Of a stretch of 64,000 nt of DNA, positions 37,478 through 48,077 are shown one piece after another. Within the stretch, counting starts at the first letter, position 1, and each line of letters starts with the position of its first letter. The translations under genes and the position numbers were made by a program. The DNA lies in IMG/VR virus record IMGVR_UViG_3300013901_000005, positions 64,001 to 128,000 of that record. One strand, written 5' to 3'. Below the pieces are notes generated by a model. That model saw nothing but the letters and a program-made list of their open reading frames with translations, made no database searches and was not told the DNA's origin. The DNA is from a virus. Its lineage: Duplodnaviria > Caudoviricetes.

Positions 37478-37746
37478 AGATCCTCAATAGTCTCTGATGG
37501 CATTTCTACTTTATCAACATAATATTTAAGTTCGGGGTTTTCCCTTCTCTCGTAAAGCCACCAGTCAATATCTTCAATATCCTGTTCATTAAAAGACTGT
37601 TCTAGTATTTTATGAAACATTCGGTCTACAAAGCCATATTCCTTTGTTTCGTATATACAGGCATGTAATATATCATCAATTTTATCAATCGTATTGGTAA
37701 AATCAATATATTCTTCTATAAGCTCTATAAATTCCTCTTTTTCCAT
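37444..37746 (-). CDS. Hypothetical protein
   Basis: 100-aa ORF. Confidence 0.7.
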   Translation of the reverse strand: MEKEEFIELIEEYIDFTNTIDKIDDILHACIYETKEYGFVDRMFHKILEQSFNEQDIEDIDWWLYERRENPELKYYVDKVEMPSETIEDLWNILCQKGKD

Positions 37747-37748
37747 AA

Positions 37749-38183
37749 TTATTTTCCGGTTGACCCAAAGCCGCCAAGCCCTCTTTCTGTTGATGATAAG
37801 GTATCTGTCTCAATGATATTAACATCCTCTAGTTTCTGTATAATCATTTGTCCTACCCTTTCTCCAACCTGATATGGCGGTTCTCGTAAATTTGTGAAAT
37901 CTCTGCTTTTAAGACATACTTTCCAGGAATTTCTATAATCTGCGTCAACAACCCCAATAGAATTTGGTAAATAAAAGTCTGTCTTTCTATTCGAACTTCT
38001 AGGGAATATCAAAGCAACGTATTCCGGACTAAATTCCGTAGCAAATCCCAAATCATAAACCCAACAATCATTTTTCTCGTCATAAACGACAGCAGCGGCT
38101 GTTAAATCAAAGCCTGCTGAAAAAGGTGTTGCACGATATGGCAATACCGCATTATCCAAGATCTTCTTAAATTTTATTTCCAT
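37749..38183 (-). CDS. dut: Trimeric dUTPase
   Basis: AGFDL, PRSS, GVVDADYR, RVGQM, RGLGGFGSTG. Confidence 0.93.
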   Translation of the reverse strand: MEIKFKKILDNAVLPYRATPFSAGFDLTAAAVVYDEKNDCWVYDLGFATEFSPEYVALIFPRSSNRKTDFYLPNSIGVVDADYRNSWKVCLKSRDFTNLREPPYQVGERVGQMIIQKLEDVNIIETDTLSSTERGLGGFGSTGK

Positions 38184-38439
38184 TACTTATAAAATTAATT
38201 AGTTGATTTATTGCGTTATCTCCAGTCTCACTGTAAAACCCTCTCATATTCTCCTTGTTATTTATTAAAACAAAAGGCAATATTGTTGAGGCATAATAAT
38301 ACATTCTTTTCTTAATCCTAGACCTCATATGGCGGTTATTAATATCATATATCTGGAAATATGCCCTTTTGGCAATTCCTTTTAATTCGTTAATCCGCCC
38401 TGCGTCTTTCTTTAAATCACAGAATATTGTTATATCCAT
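38167..38439 (-). CDS. Hypothetical protein
   Basis: 90-aa ORF. Confidence 0.6.
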   Translation of the reverse strand: MDITIFCDLKKDAGRINELKGIAKRAYFQIYDINNRHMRSRIKKRMYYYASTILPFVLINNKENMRGFYSETGDNAINQLINFISNGNKI

Positions 38440-38609
38440 TGTCTAGCTAATATACCAATATCAATTAATAACAATCCTCCAATAATATTCATAATAAATG
38501 ATATTTTTGTAAAAGGGCTTATACGCTCATCACTATATAACTTAATAGCAAAATATGCGCCATAAACACATTGGAGAATACCGATAATTTGTAAAACAAA
38601 ACTTAACAT
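38430..38609 (-). CDS. Small two-helix membrane protein (59 aa)
   Basis: MLSFVLQIIGILQCVYGAYFAIKL...IIGGLLLIDIGIL; fills the gap and overlaps both neighbours. Confidence 0.55.
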   Translation of the reverse strand: MLSFVLQIIGILQCVYGAYFAIKLYSDERISPFTKISFIMNIIGGLLLIDIGILARQWI

Positions 38610-39064
38610 AATTTCCAGAATTTATAGGTTATATCAATTAATTTCCCATCATCATTCTCATACATAACCTGGTTAGTCGTACATTTGTTTAAAGGCCCAT
38701 ATTCTTCGATATACGGCCCTATTTTAATATAGTCGAAGAATTGCCTATCAATCTTACTTGAAAGCGTCTCAGCGCCACTATACCATCCTGTTTTTAATTT
38801 ATAGTTGGATTTGACATATTCGGCTAACTTATTAACCTTATCTGGCTCTCTATCTCCTCCCATAAATCCTATACAGGTTATACCATTATTGTCTTTTATT
38901 AATTTATCAATTGCCTTTCTATCAAGCTGGTCTCCGATATCTTCTTTCAGATATGCGGAATGGCATCCAACACAGGAATTTGGGCAATTCGATATATTAA
39001 TGCATAATGATATCTCATCTGGAAACTCACTAAAAGTTACCGCTGTATCAACATATTTCAGCAT
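38603..39064 (-). CDS. nrdG: Anaerobic ribonucleotide reductase activase
   Basis: CxxxCxxC (CPNSCVGCH), GGD, DYIKIGPY, TNQ. Confidence 0.9.
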   Translation of the reverse strand: MLKYVDTAVTFSEFPDEISLCINISNCPNSCVGCHSAYLKEDIGDQLDRKAIDKLIKDNNGITCIGFMGGDREPDKVNKLAEYVKSNYKLKTGWYSGAETLSSKIDRQFFDYIKIGPYIEEYGPLNKCTTNQVMYENDDGKLIDITYKFWKLC

Positions 39065-40119
39065 TTTATTCCTTTCTTTATATTACATATTTTATGCGCT
39101 AACTGAAAATTCTTATAAGTCGTAGTACCTCCCTTTGCCCATGGAATAATATGATCTCCCTCTGCTTCGTTTAGACTTGTTATTGGTTTTCCGCAGATTG
39201 CGCAGGTATTGTCTTTTCTATATGCATTAAGAACAAAAGATATTGGAAATCTTCTATTATACAGAATCTGATCATTTTGGTTTTCTTTTAATGCATACTC
39301 GAAAATTCCGGAAGTCTTAAACGCTGGTTCGTTATTACGGGAAAGCGCCTTGTCTAATCTTTCTCCAAGAAGCTCTTTATTATAGAAATTCTTATGGTAT
39401 TTATTATACAATTTCCCGATATTAACTTTCTTTGCGAGTATACAGTCTGGTAAAAGATCATAGAAAAGATCATGGAACCATAATATAATAGCCATAAACT
39501 GATCTTTAAACTCCTTTGCATCTGGTTTTGAGTATTGTAATGCCATATATTTATTTACTGGCATATCACCACATACCGTTTTGATACATTGTTCCATTTT
39601 CTGGCATCTCATCATATTTCCGGATATATATATATTCAACAAATCCGCGATTTCACTTTCATTATTTGCAAAAGTATTCATCATATCATCCAGCCATGGC
39701 CCATAAAAAAGGGAATTTGTAATTTCCTGCGACTTATAGAACTCTGGTCTTATCTGTTTTAGATATGTAGGTAATAAAGTCTCGGTAGTATGTATAAATT
39801 CTAAATTGATTTCAGTATTCAGTATCTGTCTTTTATTCTCTTCTGTCAGATTGTCAAAATATGTCTTATATATAGGATATTTATTATTTCTATATTCAAT
39901 CAGAGAATTTAGCATATAGTGCCCATCTATTATAAAATACTTTCCATCAATCTCAATATACTTTGCATAGTCCGTTATCAGTCTTCCACCCAGTATTGCC
40001 GGCACATACTCATTTCTTTTTAAAAGCGCCCTATCGTATCCAGCTATGAAAAACGGTTTTACATTAATATTTGTTCCTTCTATTACTCCATTAACTACAT
40101 TAATATCTGATAATTTCAT
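39058..40119 (-). CDS. DUF262/GmrSD-like protein with C-terminal HNH nuclease
   Basis: IIDGHYML (DGQQR position, degenerate), YGPWL, CAIC...EGDHIIPWAKGG..NFQLAHKICN. Confidence 0.65.
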   Translation of the reverse strand: MKLSDINVVNGVIEGTNINVKPFFIAGYDRALLKRNEYVPAILGGRLITDYAKYIEIDGKYFIIDGHYMLNSLIEYRNNKYPIYKTYFDNLTEENKRQILNTEINLEFIHTTETLLPTYLKQIRPEFYKSQEITNSLFYGPWLDDMMNTFANNESEIADLLNIYISGNMMRCQKMEQCIKTVCGDMPVNKYMALQYSKPDAKEFKDQFMAIILWFHDLFYDLLPDCILAKKVNIGKLYNKYHKNFYNKELLGERLDKALSRNNEPAFKTSGIFEYALKENQNDQILYNRRFPISFVLNAYRKDNTCAICGKPITSLNEAEGDHIIPWAKGGTTTYKNFQLAHKICNIKKGIKC

Positions 40120-40143
40120 ATAATCTGTTTGTTAAATACAATT

Positions 40144-40199
40144 AACAAAAACAGATCTATTATTTATATTATCTATCACAAAAATAATCTGTTTTTGTT
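40144..40199. repeat. Inverted repeat upstream of the DUF262-HNH gene
   Basis: AACAAAAACAGAT...ATCTGTTTTTGTT; contains a TAnnTTTG-type -7 element on the minus strand. Confidence 0.55.
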
Positions 40200-40250
40200 A
40201 CAAAATAATATATCTCATAATACTTGATTTTACATCTAAACACTAAAACG

Positions 40251-40276
40251 GGGATACCAGTACATCCTGATATCCC
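40251..40276 (-). terminator. Probable intrinsic terminator
   Basis: GGGATAcCAG...CTGaTATCCC stem just after stop 40296, followed on the minus strand by GTTTT. Confidence 0.5.
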
Positions 40277-40295
40277 CTAAATAAAAAACAAATTA

Positions 40296-40883
40296 TTAAC
40301 CTTTCCTACACTTCTCGCATAGGGTTTTTATCCAGCCCTTTCCTGCCTGTTTTACATTATCGGTGCTTCCGCAATATTCACAGACTTTATATGACTGGTC
40401 TTCTGCTTCTTTTATCATTTTATCCAATTCCTTGGTAGTATTAGAAACATAAATCCGAAGTCCTCCGAATTTTTCCTTTATCTGGTATACTTGAATTTTA
40501 TTTTCCTCTTTCTGTCCGGAATTATAAATATCGATATAGTCTAGTATTGGCGTTATTAATTTATTCCATCCTTTACCGCACTCAATACCGAAAAGCTCAT
40601 ACGGTTCCTGCTCCTTATTATTAAATTTATCTGTTATAATATAGATACCATGACAGTTAATAATTTTCTTAACTATACCAATTTCCGGTATCTTATCTTC
40701 TACGCTTATCATTGGCCCGTCAGGTGGATCAACAGAAACTGGAAATAACTTACTTTTATTGAATATAATACGTATATTGTCATATTCAGAATGTAATAGG
40801 TATTTCCCCTCCTGTATTTCCTCCAGCCAATTATCGGCTCCTCTTGATTTTAATTTAATCTTTTTCATATTTAAAATATCCAA
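40296..40883 (-). CDS. Conserved phage hypothetical protein
   Basis: ECGKGW...QIKEKFGGLRIY...CEYCG...TLC. Confidence 0.7.
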   Translation of the reverse strand: MDILNMKKIKLKSRGADNWLEEIQEGKYLLHSEYDNIRIIFNKSKLFPVSVDPPDGPMISVEDKIPEIGIVKKIINCHGIYIITDKFNNKEQEPYELFGIECGKGWNKLITPILDYIDIYNSGQKEENKIQVYQIKEKFGGLRIYVSNTTKELDKMIKEAEDQSYKVCEYCGSTDNVKQAGKGWIKTLCEKCRKG

Positions 40884-41376
40884 TAATTGGTATTTGTTCT
40901 CCTCTTTTTTCGTAATCGGCTATCTCATTTTGTAAATCACTTTCCGATTTTACAGAATGTGTATTATCATTTTCATCCATTATAAATGCGTAGTCTTTGA
41001 AATATTTATGATCTACATCATTTGAATGAAAATACTCGCATCCCCATTCAACATCCTGATAATATACTCTGATATTTGGAAATCTTTTTTCAATAGTTTT
41101 CCTGACATCCTCTTGCTCACACCAGGCAGTATCCATCCAGATTTCCAATATATTATCTTTAGGCTTTGCAAAATCAACGATAACGCCTCTACAGCGTTTA
41201 TCTTTAACATCTTTACATCCGCATGCAAGTAGAATGTTTCCAAGCCACATATTACCAAAATCATTTGGTATTTTATTAATTTTACCTTTTTGACATTTTT
41301 TAATTAATCCGTATAATTGATCAATTTGTCTTTTAGGCCCCTCGCATATATAAGTTGTGTCACACCAGTTTGGCAT
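40855..41376 (-). CDS. Hypothetical protein (DUF1281/YubB-like)
   Basis: MPNWC start and DTAW motif. Confidence 0.6.
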   Translation of the reverse strand: MPNWCDTTYICEGPKRQIDQLYGLIKKCQKGKINKIPNDFGNMWLGNILLACGCKDVKDKRCRGVIVDFAKPKDNILEIWMDTAWCEQEDVRKTIEKRFPNIRVYYQDVEWGCEYFHSNDVDHKYFKDYAFIMDENDNTHSVKSESDLQNEIADYEKRGEQIPIIGYFKYEKD

Positions 41377-41377
41377 A

Positions 41378-41539
41378 TTAAAATCCTAATTTACTTTTTG
41401 GCGGTATCATATCCTCAACCTCCTCGCGTATTGCCGTCTCACGATACCAGGTTGAGAATAGTATACCAAACAAATATTTTTTCTTTACATAGACGGCTTT
41501 ATTCTCTTTTAAATATTCCTTTGAAATTTCCTTATACAT
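41378..41539 (-). CDS. Hypothetical protein (53 aa)
   Basis: MYKEISKEY...KLGF; TAATG coupling with the upstream gene. Confidence 0.5.
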   Translation of the reverse strand: MYKEISKEYLKENKAVYVKKKYLFGILFSTWYRETAIREEVEDMIPPKSKLGF

Positions 41540-41757
41540 TATTGTATTCTTATTGGTTTTCCGTCTTCATATTTAAAATGGAAATACTTATCTCCAGTTT
41601 TCTGTTTCTTATAATCAAAGGCATCATTAAAACCATCAATATATGCAAATTTTATTGCATTACGTACTTCCAAATCATCAATATCATCTGACCAATTGGA
41701 TAATATATATTTTTCTGCTAAATCATCAACGCTCATATATTCTGTTTTTCTTTTCAC
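41539..41757 (-). CDS. Hypothetical protein
   Basis: 72-aa ORF. Confidence 0.6.
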   Translation of the reverse strand: MKRKTEYMSVDDLAEKYILSNWSDDIDDLEVRNAIKFAYIDGFNDAFDYKKQKTGDKYFHFKYEDGKPIRIQ

Positions 41758-42017
41758 ATCTGCTCTTTTATTATTTCTATACGCTCATTGAGAATGTCTG
41801 CATATTCCTTCATGTATGACCGCTGGGCATAGAGTAGTGTTGTTTGAGCGATGCCGATTTGGTCTGCTACTTCTTCTACGTTCCTGTCAAGAAAGCGCGA
41901 GAGATTTGTAAGTCTGTCGCTAACTTCGTCATATTCAATCTTCAATTGGTTTAGAAGTGTCTCTGAAGGGCGGTAGGTTTGTTCAAAGGCCTGTTTTGTT
42001 TCTGTGTACTGTTTCAT
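41754..42017 (-). CDS. Small helical phage protein (crAss001_48-related)
   Basis: L..E..E...RL..L..FL...LL.AQ..YM..Y..IL.ERI pattern. Confidence 0.6.
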   Translation of the reverse strand: MKQYTETKQAFEQTYRPSETLLNQLKIEYDEVSDRLTNLSRFLDRNVEEVADQIGIAQTTLLYAQRSYMKEYADILNERIEIIKEQM

Positions 42018-42126
42018 TTTTTATTCTTTTATTAAAATTAAATTAACAAATCACTATACAGGGTCAATAAAGCCGATATTTATATATTCTATTCTACTGA
42101 TTGTTCTAAATTTCTTATTATAACTT

Positions 42127-42615
42127 TTAATAACCAAATTGTGCTCTTTCAATTTCTTTTTTTATTTCTAAATACATAAGAAATTCCGTGTAATTAAAAT
42201 CACTTTCTATAGATATGCTGTCATTACATAATACAAATAAGTGTGTAGTATTACCGTATAATTCTTTATATGAATTATAAAATAAATTTAGCATATGAAT
42301 AATAGAATCTTTTTTTGTCGTCCGTAGATCCTTTAATATTATTATGTTATTCTTTTTTATATTTGATCTAAGTGGGATTTCTTTACTTTCATAACCAAGA
42401 CTACAAATTCTAATAGTATTACCAATATTTCCTTTGATAACAAATTTGCCTTCTGTATCAGACATCGTAGAATTACCAGTATCAATATTTTCTATACTTG
42501 CTCCAACAAGTGGATATTTTAGTACATCATATACCGTTCCTCTAAACATTTCATTTTGCGAAAAAACATTTGTTTTAATTATAAAAACTATTGTTAATAA
42601 TAATATTTTTTTCAT
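42127..42615 (-). CDS. Secreted protein with carboxypeptidase-regulatory-like (SusC N-terminal extension) domain
   Basis: Signal peptide MKKILLLTIVF; GTVYD...PLVGASI...SDTEGKF...SLGYE. Confidence 0.75.
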   Translation of the reverse strand: MKKILLLTIVFIIKTNVFSQNEMFRGTVYDVLKYPLVGASIENIDTGNSTMSDTEGKFVIKGNIGNTIRICSLGYESKEIPLRSNIKKNNIIILKDLRTTKKDSIIHMLNLFYNSYKELYGNTTHLFVLCNDSISIESDFNYTEFLMYLEIKKEIERAQFGY

Positions 42616-42626
42616 TATATTTAAAG

Positions 42627-42899
42627 TTAATCTATATTAAAAAGATCATCACAATATGCCCAGTATTTAGCACCTAATCCGATTATTTTATGCCATTCTT
42701 TGTCAATCATCTTATCTAGTAAAATATAATAATGATTTTCAAATTTATCATTTTCTACATAAAAGATAATTGTTTTGTTATCGGTGGGTTTAACATCTAT
42801 TGTATTCCAATATGTTTTATCAATATTGTATACAATATTCTCATATTCTGATTTTAAATTATTAAAATGTTCCCGTACTTTTTTTGGAAACTAATTCAA
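42627..42899 (-). CDS. Possible hypothetical protein (TTG start, TAG at codon 3)
   Basis: 90-codon frame filling the gap; open from its only coupled start only if TAG=Gln. Confidence 0.35.
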
Positions 42900-43120
42900 T
42901 TATTTTTATTGTTATTTTTAACTTCTTGTTCATTATCATATCTAATTATTATTTGCCAAAAAAGAAACGAAATATTTAAATAATAACTTATAAAGTTAGC
43001 ATATTTCAATTTTGAGATACATACCATTGGTAAAAGAAAAATGGAATAGCCACTTTTCAAAGAAAGGGTATTTGAAAATTCACTCGTCAATATCATCTTT
43101 GCTATATCCAAAATGGTCAA
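42896..43120 (-). CDS. Hypothetical membrane protein
   Basis: 74-aa ORF; start uncertain. Confidence 0.4.
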   Translation of the reverse strand: MTILDIAKMILTSEFSNTLSLKSGYSIFLLPMVCISKLKYANFISYYLNISFLFWQIIIRYDNEQEVKNNNKNN

Positions 43121-43277
43121 TTAATCCTTCGATAACCATATCTTCATTTACATTTGTATCTTCTATAATCTTTATGAAAAGATCCGCAAGATTATACGGT
43201 GCGTTATCATTCGATACGTCTGTTGAAAGGTTGATATCGATATTTCCTAATTGATAATTAATGTTTAATGTATCCAT
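43080..43277 (-). CDS. Hypothetical acidic protein
   Basis: 65-aa ORF after the terminator. Confidence 0.6.
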   Translation of the reverse strand: MDTLNINYQLGNIDINLSTDVSNDNAPYNLADLFIKIIEDTNVNEDMVIEGLIDHFGYSKDDIDE

Positions 43278-43291
43278 ATTGTATTAATATT

Positions 43292-43328
43292 AAAAAACCG
43301 CCAATCCCTATAAAAGGGAAAGGCGGTT
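43292..43328 (-). terminator. Intrinsic terminator after nrdD
   Basis: AACCGCC-aa-TCCCT-loop-AGGGA-aa-GGCGGTT with a T-run on the minus strand. Confidence 0.8.
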
Positions 43329-43361
43329 AAATTGTTTATAAATTATAAATTAAATTTATTC

Positions 43362-46300
43362 TCATTCATCTTCTAAATGGGAATAAACTCTTGTCTTTTG
43401 CTCTATTTGTCTACCTTTAGACCAATTCTTAATTTTTGTTAAATATCCGATTATTCTATCATAATAGCTTATATTTTTACTTCCACATTTAGGACATTCC
43501 TTTATTGGTACTTTTGTAATATATCCACAATCGTCACATTCGCTATTTGGTATATTAAAAGTAAAATATTGACACCCGTTTTCTGCAGCAAAATTCAATA
43601 TTTTCCAATATTGTTCTTTTGATAAATGCGAATCCAGGTTGCAATGCAGAGCAACTCCACCGTCTAGATATTCTCCAATATAATTTCTTCCATGAAGAAC
43701 AAATTTATCTAATACAGAAATTTCTGGATCATTTGGTTTAAATATGTATGATGCATACAAATTTGTATCTTCCGGTGTCCAATACCCATCGTTTTTATCC
43801 CAATTATAATTCTTTACTGCAAGACTTTCGGCTGGTATTAACTCACTGTTCAGAATTATTTTATGTCCATTAAATTCTCCTTTATGCTTTGAATTTTCTT
43901 CTTTTATAAAATCAAATATAAATTGACAATAATCTTGGTATTCATTATTTACATTACATTTTAAGCCTAAATATTCAGCTCCTTGATTTAATCCATTTAA
44001 TCCAATTGTTAAATATTGTTTATCAAGATCTATGAATCCAGCTTTATATACGGGTAATAAATCAGCTTTATACATATCCCAAAGCGATTCATTATATGCT
44101 ATATGATATTTATATACTCTTTCAAGTATATCATATAAATAATCTTTTATTGCATTTTTAGCATCATTTCCCCAGTATCGATATTTACTTTCATCTTCTC
44201 CGTGTTCTTTTGCATATTCTTTAATTGCATTTTGTATTATCCTACTTAAATTCAATGTAATAACTGATTTTGATCCAGTCATTACTCCTAGATTGCCATT
44301 TGTAAAAGTAAATTCTTTTGTCGTAATCATATTTTTTAAACGGCAATTATGGGTTATTACCCTTGAATTTGGTAAAACAAAATATGGATTTTCCAAATTC
44401 TCTACATATTGAAAACAAAAACAATCACAGTTTTCAGCTTTTACGTATTGAATATTTTCAATTTTATAGTTAAGATCAAGATATACTGTGAAACGATCTT
44501 CAATTTTTATGTCTTTAGCATATTTTTCAACATATTCATTTGTTGAAGAATCGAAAACTGGGAATATATGGTCTTTAGTGCATTTTATAGTTCTTTCTGG
44601 TATTCCTCCTATTGAAAATATTATAAAATCATCAGTTTTTCTTTTTATTACTTTAGCTGGATGATACTTTCTTGTTTCAGGATTAAAAACATAAATTATT
44701 TTATTTTTATATTTTTTATATGCATCTTGAAAAGATGTTATTATACTAATATCGTTTTCACTTTCCCTAAAACTACATTGAGTATATCCATCAAAACAAC
44801 AAGAACTTAGGCTATCAACTGTATCAGAAATATATGTAAAAAAGCTATGTCCTCTTGCATATTCTTCTGTTACAAACTTTGCATTTTCTTCATCAAGAAA
44901 TTTTCCATCTTTATAAACAAGTGCAAAAGACTCAACTGGGAAAGTAAGAATACATTTTGATCGCTCGTTGTTAAACCATTGCATAAATTCTTTTTGTATC
45001 CAATTTAAAGAATCCCAATCCGGCTGAGTTCCATCTGGAAAATAAAAATCTCCAAACATTCCATCAAAAAATGGATGATCAAAATACGAAAAATTTATAA
45101 ATGCACTTTGAAGTCCTCTGGCGGCTGCAGGCTGATTAATTGAATCATAACATTCCATATAATACGCAACTATTATATGCGTAGATTTTACTACTGCTTA
45201 TAGTTTCCTATAAGATTAGACTATATCACCATCCTTTTTAGTAGGATGCTTTGCATTTCCACTACCATTAACTTGTAGTGTACCCTACTCACTTATATCA
45301 TTAGATATGTTTTCGGTAGTCGTTGAACCTTCTCTTTTTTGAGCTTGGCTACTGATTTGCCTGTAATTTATATTATAATTTGTATATGGATGATAAATTG
45401 TATAATGGCATTTTTCACATACCACTTTTATATTGTTTAAATCCAAATATTTCGGGTGCCTAATTACTATGTTATATAATTCTTCCATATTTTTGTTTCT
45501 GTAATCTTTTATAATATCGCTAATTATTAAACTTTGTGGCCTCAAATGGTGTGCATGTAAATTATTGGTTGATCCACAAATTTCACATTTATTTCCACGC
45601 ATTTCTTTTACTTTTGAAGCAATGTGATTTTTAAAAAACGATTGGCATTTTCTTTTAATTTTGGATTGACTTTTTAGTGTTTTAAAGTCAAAATTAACAA
45701 ATTTTTCTTTATCTCCTAAATTTATACATTGGCAAGAAGATTTATCCCGTAGCTTTATATTATTTTTAATAAGAATTTTTCGTATTCTGCTTTTGGGCAT
45801 TTTGGTTATTTGAGATATTTGTGACAGACTTTTCATTTCCTTTAAATACATATTAGAAAGCTAATTTTCAGTCCAATTAATATATTTATTAAAATTACCA
45901 TAAAATTTTAAATTCTTTCTTATTGTCTATTCACAATATCCTGTTAGTTTTTGAATTTCTATTACTGATTTTTTGTCAATAACGAATAATTGATAAAGCA
46001 AATCTTTATCAATTGAAATTCTCCTTGGATCTTCTTTTCTATTAATATGAAATTTATGCAACATGTTTCTAACAGTACATACTTTTGTATTGTATTTTTC
46101 TGCAATTTCTGTAGCTGTCAATTTTTGTGCTACATATAAATTTTCTAATATTTTTTTTGTATAAATTGTATTTTTTTCATAATCAATAAAAGTTGTTTTA
46201 ATAAATTTAATTAAAATAATTTAATTATCAAACAATTTTATTGATTATTTAACCATATAATATATTTATTATTTAGCATCCCAGTAATTAACAAAGTTTG

Positions 46301-47206
46301 CTATATATATTACTATATAAAGGTGCGTTCATTCCACACTACCTGCTGCCAATATTGGTGTATTTGAGATCTTATTGTTTTCTTTCTAGTAGAATAATCA
46401 TTTGAAATAACAGTATCTGGTTTTATAAAAAAATCATTTCCCCATTCTTTTTTACAAAAATATGTAAAATATAAAAGAAATTCAGAAGTGGCTACGGCTC
46501 CAGCAAACATTGCAGAGGTAGCGAATATAAGATTTATATACATTCCACAAAAGCTGTCTAGATTTTTGGGAGCCGCGCTTAACCCGCCTATATTCTTCAA
46601 ACCATTTAATAGGAACGGATACATCGATATTGAACAACAATATGGAGATATTGCACCAGAAAAAGAGTTTTCGTCATTTTTATAAATAATATGAGATTCC
46701 AAATCTCTTTTATATTGTTTATAATCAAAATCTGGAAACAATTGCTCTAACTTATTCATAATCATCCTTCTTGAAATCTGGAGATTATCTTCTTTATGGA
46801 TTTCTGCATTTAGGATTCCAATGTTCTTTCCGCGAACATTACTATTGTCGTCAATTGTTGCATTTGCAGTATTATCAGATTTTGCATAATTTTTTATAAA
46901 ATCTATTTTAGCGTCCGCAAATTCTCTGATATTTTTATGCTTTTCTCTATACAGAATAAATTCCTTTGCAACATCATAAAATCCGGATCGCATAAGTGTC
47001 TCTTCAACTGTATCCTGTATAAGCTCAATATCGATATTATCATTATTAAGTAATTCCAGAACTTCTATGATTCGCCTCATCATTGATTTTATTGTTATAT
47101 CAGAAATTTCCTTTCCTGCCGAATCGAACGCTTTCTTTATTGCAATTTCAATTTTATTTGGTTCGAACTTTTCCTTATTTCCATTTCTTTTAATTACGTT
47201 AATCAT
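43362..47206 (-). CDS. nrdD: Anaerobic (class III) ribonucleotide reductase with ATP cone, spliced (exons 47206-46336 and 45145-43362), containing an intein
   Basis: VIKRNG ATP cone. Splicing restores QQVVYSINQPAAARG; intein removal restores SLSSCCRLKN. C-terminal RIIGY glycyl-radical loop. Confidence 0.92.
44346..44798 (-). mobile_element. Mini-intein (151 aa, no endonuclease) in NrdD
   Basis: C1-FDGYT...TKDH...ITHN|C inserted between the active-site cysteines. Confidence 0.88.
45216..46180 (-). CDS. Intron-encoded HNH homing endonuclease with HTH repeats (TAG=Gln; ATG one base out of frame at an A7 run)
   Basis: ORFs 45927-46121 and 45285-45851 join through two in-frame TAGs. CEICG..LHAHH..CEKCH. 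Confidence 0.7.
46202..46232 (-). promoter_or_regulatory. Bacteroidota-type promoter inside a hairpin upstream of the HNH gene
   Basis: TTTG-N19-TAAATTTA, nested in inverted repeat 46180-46247. Confidence 0.5.
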
Positions 47207-47466
47207 TGATTTATTTTTGAAGGTATAATACCGATATATCTGAATTTATCTGGGTCTATTGTATCTAAAAAGGTAACGAAGTCGCCATAATTCTTTATAC
47301 GGACAAATTCTCCTTGCCATTCTTTCTGAGTTGAAAGGTAATCCACAAGTTTCTGGGTATAATCCAATGCATCATTATAATCACTGAACGATTTTATACA
47401 TTCAACAATTGAATCCTCGCCAACACCAGAAACGCTGATAATATTATAAAATATTGTCATAGTCAA
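47203..47466 (-). CDS. Hypothetical protein
   Basis: 87-aa ORF coupled to nrdD. Confidence 0.6.
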   Translation of the reverse strand: MTMTIFYNIISVSGVGEDSIVECIKSFSDYNDALDYTQKLVDYLSTQKEWQGEFVRIKNYGDFVTFLDTIDPDKFRYIGIIPSKINQ

Positions 47467-47803
47467 TTATATTATTATCAATATATGGAAGTTCCTTAAT
47501 ATACGCTCCATAATAATGATAGTACATTTTACTATAAAAACTTATTGCGGCCTTTATTTCGTATTTTGTATATTCATTATTCTCATGAAGATATTTATAA
47601 TAATTATTCTGCAATATTTCCGGATATTTATCTAGAATCTCATTTAACTTATTCTCTGATAGTTCATTGGCTATTTTCGGGAGATCGGCAGAAAAACTGT
47701 CAATCTCCCTACATAGCTTTATTGCGAGATCCTTAGTATCACATATTGCGACATTATTAAAATTATCTTCAATTTGCGTGTATACCAAAAATTTCTTTTT
47801 CAT
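47444..47803 (-). CDS. Hypothetical protein
   Basis: 119-aa ORF. Confidence 0.65.
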   Translation of the reverse strand: MKKKFLVYTQIEDNFNNVAICDTKDLAIKLCREIDSFSADLPKIANELSENKLNEILDKYPEILQNNYYKYLHENNEYTKYEIKAAISFYSKMYYHYYGAYIKELPYIDNNIIDYDNIL

Positions 47804-48066
47804 TCAAAATCTTTCTTTTCAATATCATCAAACTCGACATCATATTCTTCCCATTCATCATCCTTTTTCTCGGATATTGACGAGATAATATACGTCTTTT
47901 TAGGTTTAATATCAAGTGATCCTATTTTTGCCGTCATACCAAATGCTGCGGCTTTCTCCTTTGCATCTTTATATGCAAATCTAAGATCGTCAATAGCTCT
48001 TGATATCATCAACGGTATTTTTATTTTTGGATTCTCTGATTCTACAATAATTGCGTATGTCTTCAT
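47800..48066 (-). CDS. Hypothetical protein
   Basis: 88-aa ORF with acidic tail. Confidence 0.65.
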   Translation of the reverse strand: MKTYAIIVESENPKIKIPLMISRAIDDLRFAYKDAKEKAAAFGMTAKIGSLDIKPKKTYIISSISEKKDDEWEEYDVEFDDIEKKDFE

Positions 48067-48077
48067 ATTAATTTAAA

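Larger units (their letters stand above)
45146..46335 (-). mobile_element. Group I intron (IA-like) in nrdD
   Basis: P1 GUGU/GCAC, omega G at 45146. Core GGTTCAACGACTA and GATATAGTCT. Confidence 0.88.

Noticed and set aside
41403-41467. Imperfect inverted repeat CTCAACCT...AGGTTGAG
   Set aside because: Only 8 perfect bp inside a small ORF, with no supporting context.
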